Shown here piece by piece: positions 1 through 7,345 of a stretch of 15,322 nt of DNA. Within the stretch, counting starts at the first letter, position 1, and every line of letters begins with the position of its first letter. The DNA is taken from the NCBI GenBank assembly GCA_046541615.1, contig JBKHCX010000056.1, forward strand, positions 1-15,322, given 5' to 3'. Both the position numbers and the translations under genes were made by a program. The stretch comes from Puniceicoccaceae bacterium. Lineage in GTDB: Bacteria; Verrucomicrobiota; Verrucomicrobiia; Opitutales; Puniceicoccaceae. The notes under the pieces were generated by a model. That model did not search any database. It had not been told where the DNA came from and worked only from the letters and a program-made list of their open reading frames with translations.

Positions 1-54
1 CTCGCCGCGTCGCCCGGGGCCGCCGGGAGCGCCTTTTCCGCCAGGCCGTTCCGG

Positions 55-78
55 GTTGGACGACTGAAGTCATCCAAC
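55..78. other. Small imperfect hairpin downstream of the minus-strand kinase-like gene; possible terminator or stabiliser stem
   Basis: GTTGGA(55-60)/TCCAAC(73-78) pair, plus inner GAC/GTC around a 4-nt loop, with one C/A mismatch. It lies about 55 nt past the stop at 132-134. There is no U-tract on either strand, so terminator function is unproven. Confidence 0.2.
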
Positions 79-131
79 TACGTTGTCCCGGCCGGCCGCA
101 CCGATGCCGGGCCATTCCCGCCGATCCTGGA

Positions 132-1334
132 TCAGCGGTGGCCGCGGCGGATCTCCGCGCCGGCGAAACTGATCCGGACCCGGCAGATTCTCTTGATCCG
201 GCTTTCGATCCGGCCCGTCTCCGGATCGACCCGCTCGGGGATGGTCTCCTTCCGGACATCGACCACCGCGTGGAAGCCCCGTTCGGAGAAGACATCGATC
301 AGCATCGCTATGCCGAGGTGGTTGGAATACAGGGAACTCTCGGTGTTGATGAGCGCCATGCCGGAAATGGCGTGCCGCCGGATGACCGGCATGAAGTAGG
401 TCTCGATGTCCCGGACGACCTCCGCGAAAAGCTCCCGGTGCTCCTCCTCATAGGAATCGAGCCGGTTGACGAGTTCCTGCCGGGCGTGGAGGGCGATGTC
501 CGAGGCGAGGGGCAGGGCGCCGATGCGGCGGTACGTGGCTTCGCCCAGCTCCAGCGAACTCTGGTAGCGCATCTCCTCGACGATGCGCGCCTGCACCTCG
601 GGGATCGGCCCCTGCGCGTCGATGTAATGGTAGTGGAAAACCTCCCGCAGCTCTTTCAGGGCGTGGTAGGTGATCTCCTTGAAGGTGCGGTAGCGCCCCC
701 GGGCCGCCTCTTCCGAGAGGTCGGTCTTGCGGATCTCCCTTTCCTCGCCCACCCCGGAGGCGCGGACTTTCTCGTTGTGGGCGATCGACTCCCGTCCGCG
801 CGCGAGCTGCCGCCTGACGCTCTCGGCCTCGTCAATGAACAGAACGATGATGTGGAAACGGCACTTGGGGAACGGATTCCGTCCGCGCCCGAGGTGTTCC
901 TGGTGCAGAAGGTTCAGACGGCTGTAGAGGAGTTTCACGCACTCGACCTGCACCTTCGTGCGGGGGAACCCATCGACGATCGCCCCGTGCTCGAACTCCG
1001 GATCGAGCAACCGCCGCAGGACCAGATCGGTCACCTCCCGGTCGCCGGCCAGCACGCCGGCGTCCATCCTCTTCTTCGCCTCCGGGCTTTTCAGCAACTG
1101 GCTCACGGTGATCGGGTCCGCGGTCAGGTCCCGCAGCCCCATCAGGAAACGGGTGTTGGTGCCCTTCCCCGCCCCCGGAGGGCCGTTGAGCCAGAAGATC
1201 TCCTTTGGGAACCGGAGGTTCTCCCGCCCCAGTTCCTCCTCCAGCCGGGTCCAGACCCGTTCGAAAATCAGGTGCGGATCCTTGACCTCCAGATCATGGA
1301 CCTGGGTTTGCGCTGCGGATTGCGGAGAACTCAT
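132..1334 (-). CDS. Adenylate kinase-family (NMP kinase) protein with an uncharacterised C-terminal extension of about 140 aa (400 aa from ATG 1334)
   Basis: P-loop GPPGAGKGT (nt 1158-1184). The motif IVDGFPRT matches the adenylate kinase LDGFPRT motif. LID/core arginines are retained ([19 protein letters not shown]), and the tail [18 protein letters not shown] resembles the AK C-terminus. The ORF extends to 1463, but the extra 43 aa are Arg/Gly/Pro-rich and look non-coding, so ATG 1334 is preferred. No Shine-Dalgarno is seen, so the start is uncertain. Confidence 0.7.
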   Translation of the reverse strand: MSSPQSAAQTQVHDLEVKDPHLIFERVWTRLEEELGRENLRFPKEIFWLNGPPGAGKGTNTRFLMGLRDLTADPITVSQLLKSPEAKKRMDAGVLAGDREVTDLVLRRLLDPEFEHGAIVDGFPRTKVQVECVKLLYSRLNLLHQEHLGRGRNPFPKCRFHIIVLFIDEAESVRRQLARGRESIAHNEKVRASGVGEEREIRKTDLSEEAARGRYRTFKEITYHALKELREVFHYHYIDAQGPIPEVQARIVEEMRYQSSLELGEATYRRIGALPLASDIALHARQELVNRLDSYEEEHRELFAEVVRDIETYFMPVIRRHAISGMALINTESSLYSNHLGIAMLIDVFSERGFHAVVDVRKETIPERVDPETGRIESRIKRICRVRISFAGAEIRRGHR

Positions 1335-1444
1335 GCCGGGCGAAGCTGGAGAACTTCTCTCCGGCAGGCAAGGCTTGAACCGGGTGCCCCGGGGGCGCGG
1401 GACAACGCCGCGGGACAGGAGCGTCCCGCCTCCCCCGGCCCGAG

Positions 1445-1464
1445 GGTGGACACTCCTGTCCACC
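1445..1464. promoter_or_regulatory. Perfect 8-bp palindrome GGTGGACA-ctcc-TGTCCACC in the divergent intergenic region; candidate operator or 5' leader hairpin
   Basis: The inverted repeat was read directly: 1445-1452 pairs with 1457-1464. A second perfect 7-bp stem, GCGGGAC-aggagc-GTCCCGC, sits at 1410-1429. Both lie between the divergent starts at 1334 (-) and 1552 (+). Function is not established. Confidence 0.25.
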
Positions 1465-1551
1465 GCTTCCCGCCGAATTGACCTTTCGCTTGCGTCCGCG
1501 AAGTTTTCCTTCTTGTTGCCTTAAGGAATTGTTTTATCCTTCCAACCAGAA

Positions 1552-1893
1552 ATGCCGAATATCATGCAGATCAAAGCCTACCTGAAACCCACCTGCGGAT
1601 GGAGCCGCGGGGTCCGCGCCATGTTCAAGAAATACGATCTCGAATACGAGGATCTCGACATCGTCGGGAACCGCGATCTCTACGAGGAGATGGTCCGCAA
1701 GTCCGGACAGCCGCTCTCTCCCTGCGTCGAGATCGACGGGATCATGCTCGCGGACGTCAGCGGGGAGGAGGTGGAGAATTATCTAGCCGCCAACAATCTG
1801 ATCGAAAAATCCAACGCCGAAGCCGATTACCCGACGAACCAGTCCTGCTCCGCGCACCGCCGCGAGGATCCGCGGACCGTCCGTTTCTTCTGA
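1552..1893 (+). CDS. Glutaredoxin-like thioredoxin-fold protein with a monothiol CGWS active-site motif (113 aa)
   Basis: KPTCGWS (Cys15 at nt 1594-1596) sits at the position of the Grx CxxC/CGFS motif after the first beta strand. A downstream SP-CVEIDG segment resembles the Grx cis-Pro/VFIxG region. The size and layout are typical of small Grx proteins. The start could also be ATG 1564. No obvious Shine-Dalgarno is present. Confidence 0.6.
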   Translation: MPNIMQIKAYLKPTCGWSRGVRAMFKKYDLEYEDLDIVGNRDLYEEMVRKSGQPLSPCVEIDGIMLADVSGEEVENYLAANNLIEKSNAEADYPTNQSCSAHRREDPRTVRFF

Positions 1894-2046
1894 TCCGCCG
1901 CGCGGGTCGGAATCGAAGGCGCGCGGATGGCCGCGCGTGCGACAGAACGCCGCCTCACCCCGGCGCGGAACCCTCCGAGGCCCGCCTTCGGGCCCGGAAA
2001 ATGCTCTTCCTCTCCCGGCGTTGCGCCGGTATCCACTGATCGCAGC

Positions 2047-5000
2047 ATGAACTTCGAACATCCATCCCCCCTCTACACGGCCGACCAGGAGCACGACGCC
2101 TGCGGGGTGGGCTTTATCGCCAACTCCAACGGCCGCCGTTCCCACTGGATTCTGGAGCAGGCGATCCAGGGGCTGATCAACCTCGCCCACCGGGGCGCCA
2201 TCGACGCCGATGCCGTCACCGGGGACGGCGCGGGCGTCCTCACCCAGATCCCCCACGCGATTTTCGAAGAGTTCCTCAGGCAGTCCGGCGAAGGCCCCGT
2301 CGCCCGGGAGGATCTGGGGGTCGGCATGGTCTTTCTCCCCCGCACCGACGAGAAGGAAACGAGGCACGCCCGGCGGATCCTCGAAACCGCCGTCAAACGC
2401 GAGGGGCTCCGCTTCGTGGCCTGGCGGGCGGTGCCCGTCGAGCCGGGCTGTCTCGGCAAGAAGGCGGAACAGACCCGCCCCGGCATCGCCCAGGCGTTGG
2501 TCGGGCGGCCCGGCGGGATGTCCCCCGACGCCTTCGAGCGCGCGCTCTTCCTCGCCATGCGGACGTCCATGAAGGCGGCGGCGGACGCGAACCTGACCGA
2601 TTTCTACGTGGTGAGCTTCTCCCACCGGACGATCACCTACAAGGGCCTGCTCAACGCCCCGCAGGTGCGCGAGTTCTTCCCGGATCTGCGCTCGCCCGCC
2701 TTCGAGACCGCCTTCGCGATCTTCCACCAGCGCTTCGCCACCAACACCCTCCCCGACTGGAAGAAGGCCCAGCCCTACCGCATGCTCGCCCACAACGGCG
2801 AGATCAACACCATCAAGGGCAACCGCAATCTGATGCGCGCCCGCGAGTTCTCGTCCAACCACGGCGTGTGGGGCGACCGCTACAAGGACCTGAGCCCGAT
2901 GATCCAGCAGGACATGTCGGACTCGACCAGTCTCGACAACACCCTGCAGCTCCTGAGCGTCGGCGGGCGCACCTGCCTGCACGGGCTCGGCATGATGATC
3001 CCCCCGGCCTGGGAGAACGATCCCCACCTGCCCGCGAAGGTGCGCGACTTCTACCGCTGCCATTCGACGATGATGGAGCCGTGGGACGGCCCGGCGGCGG
3101 TGGCCTTCACCGACGGGCGCTTCGTCGGCGGTCTCCTCGACCGGAACGGGCTCCGCCCCTGCCGCTACAAGATCTACGGGGACGGGACCGTCGTCCTCGG
3201 CTCGGAGGCCGGACTCATCCGCGACTGGGGTTCGCCCGTGGTCGAGGCGGGCCGGCTCGGCCCGGGCCGGATGATCGCCATCGACATCGGGGAGAACCGC
3301 ATTCTCCGCGACGCGGACATCAAGAACCATCTCGCCGACCGCGAAGACTACTCCGGCTGGTGCGCGCGCTCCCTCATCCCGCTGGAGAACCTGCTCGCCG
3401 GCCGGGCGGAGCGCTCCCCCGGAACGACCCTGCCCGCCGACCGGATCGCCCCGCTGCGGGTCTGCTTCGGCTACAGTTCCGACGAAGAGAACCTCATCCT
3501 GCGGCCGATGATCCGGACGGGCATGGAGGCCGTGGGCTCCATGGGCGACGACACGCCCCTGGCCGTGCTTTCGCGCCGCAACCGTCTCCTCTTCACCTAC
3601 TTCAAGCAGCTTTTCGCCCAGGTCACCAACCCGGCCATCGACTCCCTGCGCGAGCGCTCGGTCATGTCGCTCAACGTGAATCTCGGGGGTCGGCTCGGCC
3701 TGTTCGAGCCCCTCGGGGCCGACCACCCGTTCCTCACCCTGGAATCGCCCCTTCTTTTCCGCCGGGAATTCGAGGCGGTCTGCCAAAGCGATGTCTTCCG
3801 CGGCCGGACGGCCCGGATCGACGCGACCTTCCCCGTGTCCGGCGGAGCGGACGTCCTCGAGTCGGAGATCAACCGGATCGTGTCCGAGGCGGCCGGGGCC
3901 GTGAAAGACGGAAAGGCGCTGATCGTCATCTCCGACCGGGAGACCTCCGCCGACCGCGCGCCCGTCCCCTCCCTCCTCGCCACCGGGGCCGTCCACCAGG
4001 GGTTGATCCGGGCCGGTCTCCGCCTCCGCTGCGACCTGATCACCGACACGGCCGAGGCCCGCGACGTCCACCAGTTCGCCTGCCTTCTCGGTTTCGGGGC
4101 GAACGCCGTCCACCCGTGGCTGGCCGAGGAGTTGACCGCGGGGGTGATCGCGAACGACGGGGATGAGCCGGTTCTGCCGGAGATGGCCCTGGCCAACTAC
4201 CGGAAGGCGGTGGACAAGGGCATTCTGAAAATCATGGCGAAGATGGGGATCAGCACCCTCTACAGCTACCAGGGCGCCGAGATCTTCGAGGCCATCGGCA
4301 TCAGCTATCCGGTCGTGCGCCAGTGCTTCCGCGGGACCGCCTGCCCCATCAACGGGCTGGGCTACCGCCAGATCGCGGCCGAGACCCTCGCCCGGCACGA
4401 AAAGGCGTACCGCTCGGCGGACGTGGGCCCCTGGGACGAGGGCTACTACAGCGTCGTCAAGCGCGGCGAGGCCGAGTTCCACGGGTGGAATTCCAAGGTC
4501 GTCGGCGGTATGAACAAGATCTTCCGGGGCGATCCGCGGAAATTCGACCGCTTCCTCCCCTTCAAGGAGGCCAGCGAGCACCACCAGCCGCAGTCGGTCC
4601 GCGACCTGCTCAAGTTCCGCTTCGTCAACAAACCGATTTCGCTCGAGGACGTGGAGCCGGTCGAGGACATCCGGCGGCGCTTCACCACCGCGGGCATGTC
4701 CCTCGGCGCGATCTCCCCGGAGACCCACGAAACGCTCGCCCTGGCGATGAACAGCATCGGCGGGAAATCCAACTCCGGCGAAGGGGGCGAGGATCCCCGC
4801 CGGTTCCGGATCCGCCCCGACGGATCGAGCGCCAACAGCGCGATCAAGCAGGTCGCCTCCGGGCGCTTCGGCGTGACGGCCGCCTACCTGGCCAACGCCC
4901 GCGAGATCGAGATCAAGATCGCCCAGGGCGCGAAACCCGGCGAGGGGGGGCAGCTCCCCGGTCACAAGGTCACCGAACTGATCGCCGAACTGCGGTTCAG

Positions 5001-6585
5001 CGTGCCCGGCGTGACCCTCATCTCCCCCCCGCCCCACCACGACATCTACTCGATCGAGGACCTCTCGCAGCTCATCTACGACCTCAAGCAGGTCAACCCG
5101 CGGGCCAAGGTCTGCGTGAAACTCGTCGCCTCCTCCGGCGTGGGCACGATCGCCGCCGGGGTCGCCAAGGCCTACGCGGACGTGATTCTCATCGCCGGGC
5201 ACGACGGGGGCACCGGCGCCTCGCCCGTTTCCTCGATCAAGAACGCCGGCTCCGCCTGGGAGATCGGCCTGGCCGAGGCCCACCAGGTTCTGCTCATGAA
5301 CGATCTCCGCAGCCGGGTCGTCCTCCGCACGGACGGCGGGATGAAGACGGGGCGGGACATCGTCATCGCCTCCATTCTCGGGGCCGAGGAATACAACTTC
5401 GGCACGGCGGCCCTCATCGCCACCGGGTGCGCGATGTTCCGCGTGTGCCACAAGAACACCTGCCCGGTGGGCGTCGCGACCCAGCGCGAGGATCTGCGCA
5501 AGAAGTTCAAGGGCAAGCCGGAGAACCTGGTGAACTATTTCAACGCGATCGCCGAAGACGTCCGCCGGATCATGGCGAACCTCGGCGTCCCGGCGGTGGA
5601 CGAGCTGGTCGGGCGGACCGATCTCCTGGAGCAGATCCGCGATCCGAAGAACCCGAAGACCGAGACCATCAATTTCTCGGGCATCCTCCACAACCCCGAT
5701 CCGAGCGGCGTCCTCTCCCGCGTCCACACGAGGGAGCGCAACGACCGCATCGGCAACGACGGGAGCTGCGACGACCAGATCCTGCAGGAGGCCATCGAGA
5801 CCGTCACGCACCTGGCCCCGGAATACTCCGGGGAATTCCGGGTGAAGAACATCCACCGGAACATCGGCACGCGCCTCTCCGGCCAGATCGCCTACATGCA
5901 CGGGAACAACGGAATGCCGCCGGGCACGATGCACCTGACCTTCACCGGGAGCGCGGGCCAGAGCTTCGGCACGTTCCTCGTCCAGGGGGTCCGGCTCCAC
6001 CTCTTCGGGGAGGCGAACGACTACGTCGGCAAGGGGATGAACGGCGGCGAGATCATCGTGCGCCCCCGCGAACGCGAGACCTTCGCCTGGGAGAAGAACA
6101 TCATCATCGGCAACACCTGCCTCTACGGAGCGACCGGGGGGCTCCTGCTCGCCGCCGGACAGGCGGGGGAGCGCTTCGCCGTGCGCAACAGCGGCGGAAC
6201 CGCCGTCGTCGAGGGTGTGGGCGACCACGCCTGCGAGTACATGACCGCGGGCGCGGTCGTGGTGCTCGGAGACACCGGCACGAACTTCGCGGCCGGCATG
6301 AGCGGCGGCCTCGCCTTCGTGTTCGACCGGGAGGAACGCCTCGACAGCCGCCTCAACCCGGAAATGGTCTCCCTGGCCCGCCCCGACTCGCCGGAGGAGA
6401 CCGAATCGCTGCGCGAACTGGTCGGACTGCACGCCCGCCTAACCGAAAGCCCGCACGCGCGGCGGCTGCTTGCGGACTGGGAGAACACCCTGCCCCGCTT
6501 CCGCAAGGTGGTCCCCCACCGCGCCGACGGCGTGCCCGAGCCCTTCCTGCGCTTCGGCGAGACCCTGAAAGGCGTCGCGACCTAG
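2047..6585 (+). CDS. gltB: Glutamate synthase large (alpha) subunit, 1512 aa
   Basis: A short propeptide precedes the Ntn-amidotransferase Cys (HDACGVGFIA). Central and FMN-domain motifs are present (NSGEGGEDP, KIAQGAKPGEGGQLPG, ISPPPHHDIYSIEDL). The 3Fe-4S cysteines are present (CAMFRVCHKNTCPVGVATQ). The C-terminal beta-helix GXGXG region is present (GNTCLYGATGG, AGERFAVRNSG). The ORF opens at 1927, but ATG 2047 gives the expected N-terminus. Confidence 0.95.
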   Translation: MNFEHPSPLYTADQEHDACGVGFIANSNGRRSHWILEQAIQGLINLAHRGAIDADAVTGDGAGVLTQIPHAIFEEFLRQSGEGPVAREDLGVGMVFLPRTDEKETRHARRILETAVKREGLRFVAWRAVPVEPGCLGKKAEQTRPGIAQALVGRPGGMSPDAFERALFLAMRTSMKAAADANLTDFYVVSFSHRTITYKGLLNAPQVREFFPDLRSPAFETAFAIFHQRFATNTLPDWKKAQPYRMLAHNGEINTIKGNRNLMRAREFSSNHGVWGDRYKDLSPMIQQDMSDSTSLDNTLQLLSVGGRTCLHGLGMMIPPAWENDPHLPAKVRDFYRCHSTMMEPWDGPAAVAFTDGRFVGGLLDRNGLRPCRYKIYGDGTVVLGSEAGLIRDWGSPVVEAGRLGPGRMIAIDIGENRILRDADIKNHLADREDYSGWCARSLIPLENLLAGRAERSPGTTLPADRIAPLRVCFGYSSDEENLILRPMIRTGMEAVGSMGDDTPLAVLSRRNRLLFTYFKQLFAQVTNPAIDSLRERSVMSLNVNLGGRLGLFEPLGADHPFLTLESPLLFRREFEAVCQSDVFRGRTARIDATFPVSGGADVLESEINRIVSEAAGAVKDGKALIVISDRETSADRAPVPSLLATGAVHQGLIRAGLRLRCDLITDTAEARDVHQFACLLGFGANAVHPWLAEELTAGVIANDGDEPVLPEMALANYRKAVDKGILKIMAKMGISTLYSYQGAEIFEAIGISYPVVRQCFRGTACPINGLGYRQIAAETLARHEKAYRSADVGPWDEGYYSVVKRGEAEFHGWNSKVVGGMNKIFRGDPRKFDRFLPFKEASEHHQPQSVRDLLKFRFVNKPISLEDVEPVEDIRRRFTTAGMSLGAISPETHETLALAMNSIGGKSNSGEGGEDPRRFRIRPDGSSANSAIKQVASGRFGVTAAYLANAREIEIKIAQGAKPGEGGQLPGHKVTELIAELRFSVPGVTLISPPPHHDIYSIEDLSQLIYDLKQVNPRAKVCVKLVASSGVGTIAAGVAKAYADVILIAGHDGGTGASPVSSIKNAGSAWEIGLAEAHQVLLMNDLRSRVVLRTDGGMKTGRDIVIASILGAEEYNFGTAALIATGCAMFRVCHKNTCPVGVATQREDLRKKFKGKPENLVNYFNAIAEDVRRIMANLGVPAVDELVGRTDLLEQIRDPKNPKTETINFSGILHNPDPSGVLSRVHTRERNDRIGNDGSCDDQILQEAIETVTHLAPEYSGEFRVKNIHRNIGTRLSGQIAYMHGNNGMPPGTMHLTFTGSAGQSFGTFLVQGVRLHLFGEANDYVGKGMNGGEIIVRPRERETFAWEKNIIIGNTCLYGATGGLLLAAGQAGERFAVRNSGGTAVVEGVGDHACEYMTAGAVVVLGDTGTNFAAGMSGGLAFVFDREERLDSRLNPEMVSLARPDSPEETESLRELVGLHARLTESPHARRLLADWENTLPRFRKVVPHRADGVPEPFLRFGETLKGVAT

Positions 6586-6756
6586 CCCATGGCCGCATAT
6601 CCGGCAACCGCCAGGCAAGGTTCGGTGTCCAGGCTTCAGCCTGCAGCGTCGGAGCGGTCGCCCGCCCGGGTCCGATTATTCGTTTGCCTCATCCGAACCG
6701 TTCGCTACCCTGCGATCATTCCTCGATCGCCCGACCGACCACCACTCCCATCCGTC

Positions 6757-7242
6757 ATGCGCCCCACGATTTTTCTCGCAATCTTTCTCCTTCCGGTGAT
6801 TCCGGCCGCGGCGGAGGATTGGCTGCTCGAGGAGCCCCTCTTCGACGCGGCCTACTATTCCTCCGTCCACCCCGATTTGGAACGATCCCTCGGCGACGAT
6901 GTCCGGGAGCTGCGCAAGCACTGGCTTCGGTTCGGGATCGAAGAGGGGCGGCGGAGTTCGCCGGTCATGGACGTATCGTGGTATGTCGCCCGGAATCCGG
7001 ATCTGCAGAACGCCTTCGGCAGGGACAACTACCGCGACGCACTCCGGCACTGGCTCGAACACGGCCTGGGCGAAGGCCGGGCCGCACATCCGGATTTCGA
7101 CCCGCGCTGGTATCTCCAGGTGAATCCGGATCTCGCGGCGGCCTTCGGGGCGAACAATTACAAGCGGGGGGTCGAGCACTACCTCGAATTCGGTCTGGAG
7201 GAAGGACGCATGGGCGCTCCGCCGAAACGAATGCGGGAGTAG
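6757..7242 (+). CDS. Small secreted or exported protein of unknown function made of three tandem repeats of about 43 aa (161 aa)
   Basis: From ATG 6757 there is an N-terminal signal-peptide-like segment, MRPTIFLAIFLLPVIPAAA|ED. Three repeats follow with consensus FDxxWYxxxNPDLxxAFGxxNYxxxxxHWLxxGxxEGR. The upstream part of the ORF (6589-6756) is Arg/Pro/Ser-rich and unlikely to be coding. Confidence 0.6.
   Translation: MRPTIFLAIFLLPVIPAAAEDWLLEEPLFDAAYYSSVHPDLERSLGDDVRELRKHWLRFGIEEGRRSSPVMDVSWYVARNPDLQNAFGRDNYRDALRHWLEHGLGEGRAAHPDFDPRWYLQVNPDLAAAFGANNYKRGVEHYLEFGLEEGRMGAPPKRMRE
6841..7215 (+). repeat. Three protein-level tandem repeats inside the 6757-7242 CDS
   Basis: R1 is FDAAYYSSVHPDLERSLGDDVRELRKHWLRFGIEEGR. 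R2 is MDVSWYVARNPDLQNAFGRDNYRDALRHWLEHGLGEGR. R3 is FDPRWYLQVNPDLAAAFGANNYKRGVEHYLEFGLEEGR. The repeats are diverged at the DNA level. Confidence 0.8.
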
Positions 7243-7281
7243 CCCGCGAGGCACACGGTCGCGCCCGGGATCCCGGTCCAT

Positions 7282-7318
7282 CCGGCGGGCCGGGGGGGGC
7301 GCGCTCCCGGCCCGGCGG
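7282..7318. terminator. GC-rich hairpin between convergent genes (repeat protein on +, ftsZ on -); candidate bidirectional terminator
   Basis: CCGGCGGGCCGGG (7282-7294) pairs with CCCGGCCCGGCGG (7306-7318) at 12 of 13 positions, with an 11-nt loop. A second 8-bp hairpin, GCTTCCGG/CCGGAAGC (7332-7339/7349-7356), straddles the ftsZ stop codon. Neither is followed by a U-tract, so the call is weak. Confidence 0.3.
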
Positions 7319-7345
7319 AGAAGCACCGTCCGCTTCCGGCGGCGC

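Noticed and set aside
1-131. Window-initial 131 nt checked for a tRNA, another RNA gene, or the end of another CDS
   Set aside because: There are no tRNA-like T-arm or anticodon-arm features, and the ORF track shows no ORF. Only the short hairpins at 55-78 and 88-112 were seen.
138-1481. 447-aa plus-strand ORF antisense to the kinase-like gene, plus smaller ORFs at 193-399, 727-927 and 958-1524
   Set aside because: There are no recognisable motifs, and the composition is Pro/Arg/Gly/Asp-rich. The minus-strand frame carries clear adenylate-kinase motifs.
1783-6432. 1549-aa ORF on the minus strand, antisense to gltB
   Set aside because: The translation is a low-complexity Arg/Gly/Ala/Asp/Val-rich string with no recognisable motifs. 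The plus-strand frame, in contrast, encodes a full-length, motif-perfect GltB. Long stop-free antisense frames are expected at this GC content.
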